A stretch of 64,000 bases of DNA from Callorhinchus milii (lineage: Eukaryota), in NCBI RefSeq assembly GCF_018977255.1, contig NW_024704742.1, positions 132,434,001-132,498,000 on the forward strand, written 5' to 3'. A program made the position numbers and the translations under genes. Below, piece after piece: positions 63,753 through 64,000 of this stretch (position 1 is its first letter; each line of letters begins with the position of its first letter). The notes beneath the pieces are model-generated. The model saw nothing but the letters and a program-made list of their open reading frames with translations. It ran no database searches and was not told where the DNA came from.

Positions 63753-63881
63753 TGGGAAATATTTGACGCCTATACAGAAGAACTGGAGAAGCTAGAGAGC
63801 AAGAAAGAAAAGCCCAAAGCAGCAGCTGTGAAAAAAGAAGAGAGGTTAACAAAGAAGAAACAAACAACCATTGAAAGCCAG
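63753..63881 (+). CDS. DNAI1: DNAI1 exon 9 (129 nt): WEIFDAYTEELEKLESKKEKPKAAAVKKEERLTKKKQTTIESQ; gene continues beyond the window
   Basis: Acceptor gttcag|TGG, donor CAG|gtaagt. Contains the WEI.DAY.EELEK motif. Confidence 0.95.
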
Positions 63882-64000
63882 GTAAGTGTTCGGTTAGCTA
63901 GCAAGAAATGTTTTAGGTAAAATAAATAGTATGGTGACTTTTGCTGCCTTTCCAAAGTGTAATCACTACAATGTTCAAAATTTTTCAAAATTTTTTCAAA

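Overview
Eukaryotic, vertebrate genomic DNA. The repeat content suggests a cartilaginous fish, but that is inference. The window holds two divergently transcribed, intron-containing genes that share a CpG-rich interval at about 43.7-45.2 kb. FAM219A is on the minus strand: coding exons 1-4 are at 43686-43627, 29626-29527, 5520-5418 and 1717-1637, and the gene runs off the left edge. DNAI1 (axonemal dynein intermediate chain 1) is on the plus strand: nine coding exons from 45172 to 63881, running off the right edge. All exons have GT-AG boundaries with matching phases. This is the same head-to-head arrangement known from mammals. The introns are packed with decayed retroelements: at least two L2-type LINE families, CR1 LINEs, tRNA-headed Deu-type SINEs and one Penelope-like element. 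There are also small DNA-transposon MITEs and one unclassified repeat family. Almost all ORFs in the supplied track are repeat-derived or chance ORFs. I found no evidence for a new protein-coding system. The most notable observations are a perfect 17-bp inverted pair of RFX X-boxes upstream of DNAI1, SINE copies that carry the L2 3' stem-loop, a decayed hammerhead-ribozyme core in the Penelope-like element, an unclassified ~600-bp repeat, and short near-identical dispersed duplications. Repeat boundaries are approximate and family names come from recognition, not a database search.
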